Of a DNA stretch of 32,000 nt, positions 29,497-32,000 are shown piece by piece. Each line of letters begins with the position of its first letter. Position 1 is the first letter of the stretch. A program made the position numbers and the translations under genes. A model generated the notes under the pieces. That model did no database searches. It saw only the letters and a list, made by a program, of their open reading frames with translations, and was not told the DNA's origin. The DNA comes from Cylindrospermopsis raciborskii Cr2010 (lineage in GTDB: Bacteria; Cyanobacteriota; Cyanobacteriia; Cyanobacteriales; Nostocaceae): contig NZ_CP065936.1 of the NCBI RefSeq assembly GCF_003367075.2, forward strand, positions 2,670,001-2,702,000, read 5' to 3'.

Positions 29497-29947
29497 AATT
29501 TCAGCACTTGTAAATTCTCAAAACATCCCTCACTATTCCCAGACTCAACGATCGGGGAAGATTTTTTAGGCTTTTGTGTTTGGTGGAGTCCCAAATGCCA
29601 TACAATTCTACAATAGACAGGAATTGTCGGAATGTCAACCTTTTGCCCAAAAATTAAACTGTGTCTTTATGTTTGTATAAGGTTCTGAGCCATAAATCAA
29701 AATCTGACGATAGCTTGTCAATGGTTCCTCAATCTCGATATACTGGACAAATGGCGAGCTAGTTATTATAAGTTAGTGGTTAAATGTGATGAATCCCGTG
29801 CTTCCAAAGCTCCTACTAATTCTAGTTAATTTAGTAACAGACTAAGTGAGAATAAGAAGTTTAAATTTCCTGATAATTGCTGATAGGGATGTAAATGGTG
29901 CATAAAAGTTCGATTAGTGCCTTACAGACAAATAAAGTTAACAAATT

Positions 29948-30949
29948 TTGGTGTCTACCGTGAGAAAACTAACAGATTCAGACAAGACTGAAATTCTCAA
30001 ACTCTATAGAGAAACCGCCGAAACTACCTCAACTTTGGCAGAACGCTATGGAGTGAGTAACTCCACCATTAGCCGTCTGCTTAAAGGTATTTTACCGGAA
30101 GAAGACTATGAGTATCTAGTTTCCCTCAAACGCGCTGCTAGAACTCCGGAAGGTAGGGCCCTGGTAAGCTATGAACAACTACCCCTGCTGGGTCAATCCC
30201 AGGAGGATGAGATTGCAGCTACCCAAACTCCCGTGGAGGAATTAGAACCTCCCAAGGTTGAGGTAACCAGAGTTGATACACCTCAGATGGAAGTGTCTAA
30301 AGCTGTAATAAAGGAAATTGCAGGTGTTGTAGATATTCAAGCTATACCCATTCCTGCTCCCATCATTAGAAGAGTGAAAACACGCTCCTCTGCAACGGAC
30401 AAGCCTCCTTTTCCAGTCTCTTTAGATCTGGAACCAGTTAAAAACCAAGTTACAATCCTGGAAGAGACCGATTCTCAAGCTAGTATCATTGCTAATATGT
30501 TTGGTGATGATTTGCTGGAAGATTCAGAAGATTTGGATGATTTAGATGATGATTTATATGAAGATGAGGAGGATTTTGAAGAAGAGGAGTTTGAAAGACC
30601 CACACCTTTTGTAACCCGACCTAGGGCTGGGGATAGCTCTGTGCAAATTTTGCCACTTTCAGTTGCGCCCCTACCAAAAACATGTTATTTAGTCATTGAC
30701 CGCTGTGCAGAATTAATTACCAGACCCCTAAAAGACTTTGGTGATTTAGGCGCTATACCCATTGTGGAAACCCAACAAAAAACCCTGCCAGTGTTTGATA
30801 ATCATCGAGTGGCTAAACGGTTTTCTACCAAACGCGATCGAGTGATTAGAATACCTGACAGTAAGGTGCTGCACAAGACTAGTAACCATTTGCAAGCCAA
30901 GGGTATTACCCGACTATTAATTGATGGTCAGGTTTACTCTTTGACCTAA
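29948..30949 (+). CDS. HTH-domain protein with a central acidic low-complexity tract
   Basis: The N-terminal HTH (TSTLAERYGVSNSTISRLLKG) is resolvase/transposase-like. An acidic run DDLLEDSEDLDDLDDDLYEDEEDFEEEEFE follows, then a conserved-looking C-terminal globular part. The start codon is uncertain (TTG 29948, GTG 29951 or GTG 29960). Confidence 0.65.
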   Translation: MVSTVRKLTDSDKTEILKLYRETAETTSTLAERYGVSNSTISRLLKGILPEEDYEYLVSLKRAARTPEGRALVSYEQLPLLGQSQEDEIAATQTPVEELEPPKVEVTRVDTPQMEVSKAVIKEIAGVVDIQAIPIPAPIIRRVKTRSSATDKPPFPVSLDLEPVKNQVTILEETDSQASIIANMFGDDLLEDSEDLDDLDDDLYEDEEDFEEEEFERPTPFVTRPRAGDSSVQILPLSVAPLPKTCYLVIDRCAELITRPLKDFGDLGAIPIVETQQKTLPVFDNHRVAKRFSTKRDRVIRIPDSKVLHKTSNHLQAKGITRLLIDGQVYSLT

Positions 30950-31288
30950 TGTGTACTTAAAAACACAGGTCCTGGTGGTCTTTCTCTCTCCATTAGGTAA
31001 CATGGCTTTTTCTCCCGAAAGTACTTGCCATGTTCACCAGAGAAATGTACAATACCTTAAATGATAAATTTTGCCCTCAACAGTCAACCGAAGAGAGCGG
31101 GAGTCTCCATGAGGGGAAATAATGAAGGTTAAATGTCAAAACTTGCATGAAAATAAATAAACATTCAGTTACATTTATTGACTAAATATATGTACTTGGG
31201 GTATTAACAATCAGGAGCAATTCTGAATAATCATAACTCAATATAACTCATACCTAATTACCTTACTACCAACACCTGTGTCACTGTA

Positions 31289-32000
31289 ATGATTAACTCT
31301 GCATCTTCCTCGATTAGCGATCGCAAGCCTTCTAAAGTGGAAGGGATCAAAGAGAAAAGTAACTTTCTCAGAGAACCCCTAGCCACGGAAATCCTTGAGG
31401 ATACGACCCATTTCACCGAGGACGCCATACAAATTCTCAAGTTTCACGGTTCCTACCAACAGGATAATAGGGATAACCGCGTCAAAGGACAGGAGAAAGA
31501 CTATCAGATGATGCTGCGGACAAAAAATCCTGGTGGTTTAGTTCCGCCCCAGCTATACCTAGCCTTAGATAAATTAGCTGATGAATATGGTAACCATACA
31601 CTAAGAGCCACTACCCGTCAAGGTTTTCAAATTCATGGTGTGTTAAAAAAGAACTTGAAAACCGTAATTGGGACTATCATCGAAAATCTTGGGTCCACCT
31701 TGGGAGCTTGTGGGGATATTAACCGCAATGTGATGGCACCCCCCGCACCTTGGAAAAACCGTCCAGAATATCAATATGCTTGGGAATATGCCCAAAATGT
31801 TGCTGATTTACTGTCTCCTCAAACGGGAGCTTATTATGAAATTTGGTTAGATGGGGAAAAAGCCATCACAGCCCAGGAACACCCAGAAGTAAAAGCAGCA
31901 AGGCAAAAAAATGGCACTGGGACTATTTTTCATGACTCGGTAGAGCCCATTTATGGCACTTATTATATGCCACGTAAATTCAAAGTTTGCGTGACCGTAC
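31289..32000 (+). CDS. sir: Ferredoxin-sulfite reductase, N-terminal part (runs off the window)
   Basis: It is not in the ORF track because it has no stop inside the window. My manual translation from ATG 31289 gives [83 protein letters not shown]...[11 protein letters not shown]...[16 protein letters not shown], which is characteristic of cyanobacterial Sir. Confidence 0.88.
   Translation, partial: MINSASSSISDRKPSKVEGIKEKSNFLREPLATEILEDTTHFTEDAIQILKFHGSYQQDNRDNRVKGQEKDYQMMLRTKNPGGLVPPQLYLALDKLADEYGNHTLRATTRQGFQIHGVLKKNLKTVIGTIIENLGSTLGACGDINRNVMAPPAPWKNRPEYQYAWEYAQNVADLLSPQTGAYYEIWLDGEKAITAQEHPEVKAARQKNGTGTIFHDSVEPIYGTYYMPRKFKVCVTV

Noticed and set aside
29320-29616. The listed 98-aa ORF overlapping tRNA-Arg
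   Set aside because: It reads straight across the antisense of a well-folded tRNA gene, so it is spurious.
31258-31440. The listed minus-strand 60-aa ORF
   Set aside because: It lies antisense to the N-terminus of the clearly recognisable sir CDS, which is absent from the ORF track only because it lacks an in-window stop.

Overview
The window is cyanobacterial and looks Nostocales-like. It is AT-rich, has HIP1 octamers (GCGATCGC) scattered throughout, carries Uma2 and pentapeptide-repeat genes, and has a ValRS with a membrane-domain insertion. All product calls come from motifs I recognise in the supplied translations; no database search was possible.

The window splits into two parts.

(A) About 1-11.4 kb is an accessory, decaying region:
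- a large N6-adenine DNA methyltransferase / type IIG-like gene that runs off the left edge and is split by an apparently intact 1141-bp IS element;
- directly fused to that gene's stop codon, a 2.4-kb noncoding array of 14.2 tandem 171/172-bp units;
- a secreted pentapeptide-repeat protein;
- a Uma2 nuclease gene;
- an AAA ATPase with a PD-(D/E)XK tail, bracketed by 68-nt direct repeats;
- relics of an IS630 transposase and of a third Uma2-type gene (the second intact Uma2 copy lies in part B);
- an orphan gene.

(B) About 11.8-32 kb is housekeeping. It holds a cobQ operon, valS, a cell-wall amidase, dnaG, ureGFE, tRNA-Ser, ferredoxins, an SNase-like lipoprotein, an IMPase-family gene, hisZ, a LivF-like ABC ATPase, a second Uma2 gene, dcd, tRNA-Arg, an HTH protein and the start of sir. 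It is interrupted by a second tandem array of 8 x 79 bp at 14.2-14.9 kb.

The most unusual content is a modular hairpin-repeat family, GTTGGGT(T)-N7-9-(A)ACCCAAC, usually followed by CTAC. It has about 27 copies in the window. It occurs as solo copies, as brackets around a gene, and amplified into two different high-identity tandem arrays. No protein-coding system that I can call novel with confidence is visible. The arrays are the best candidates for something undescribed, such as an sRNA array or a recombination or regulatory structure.
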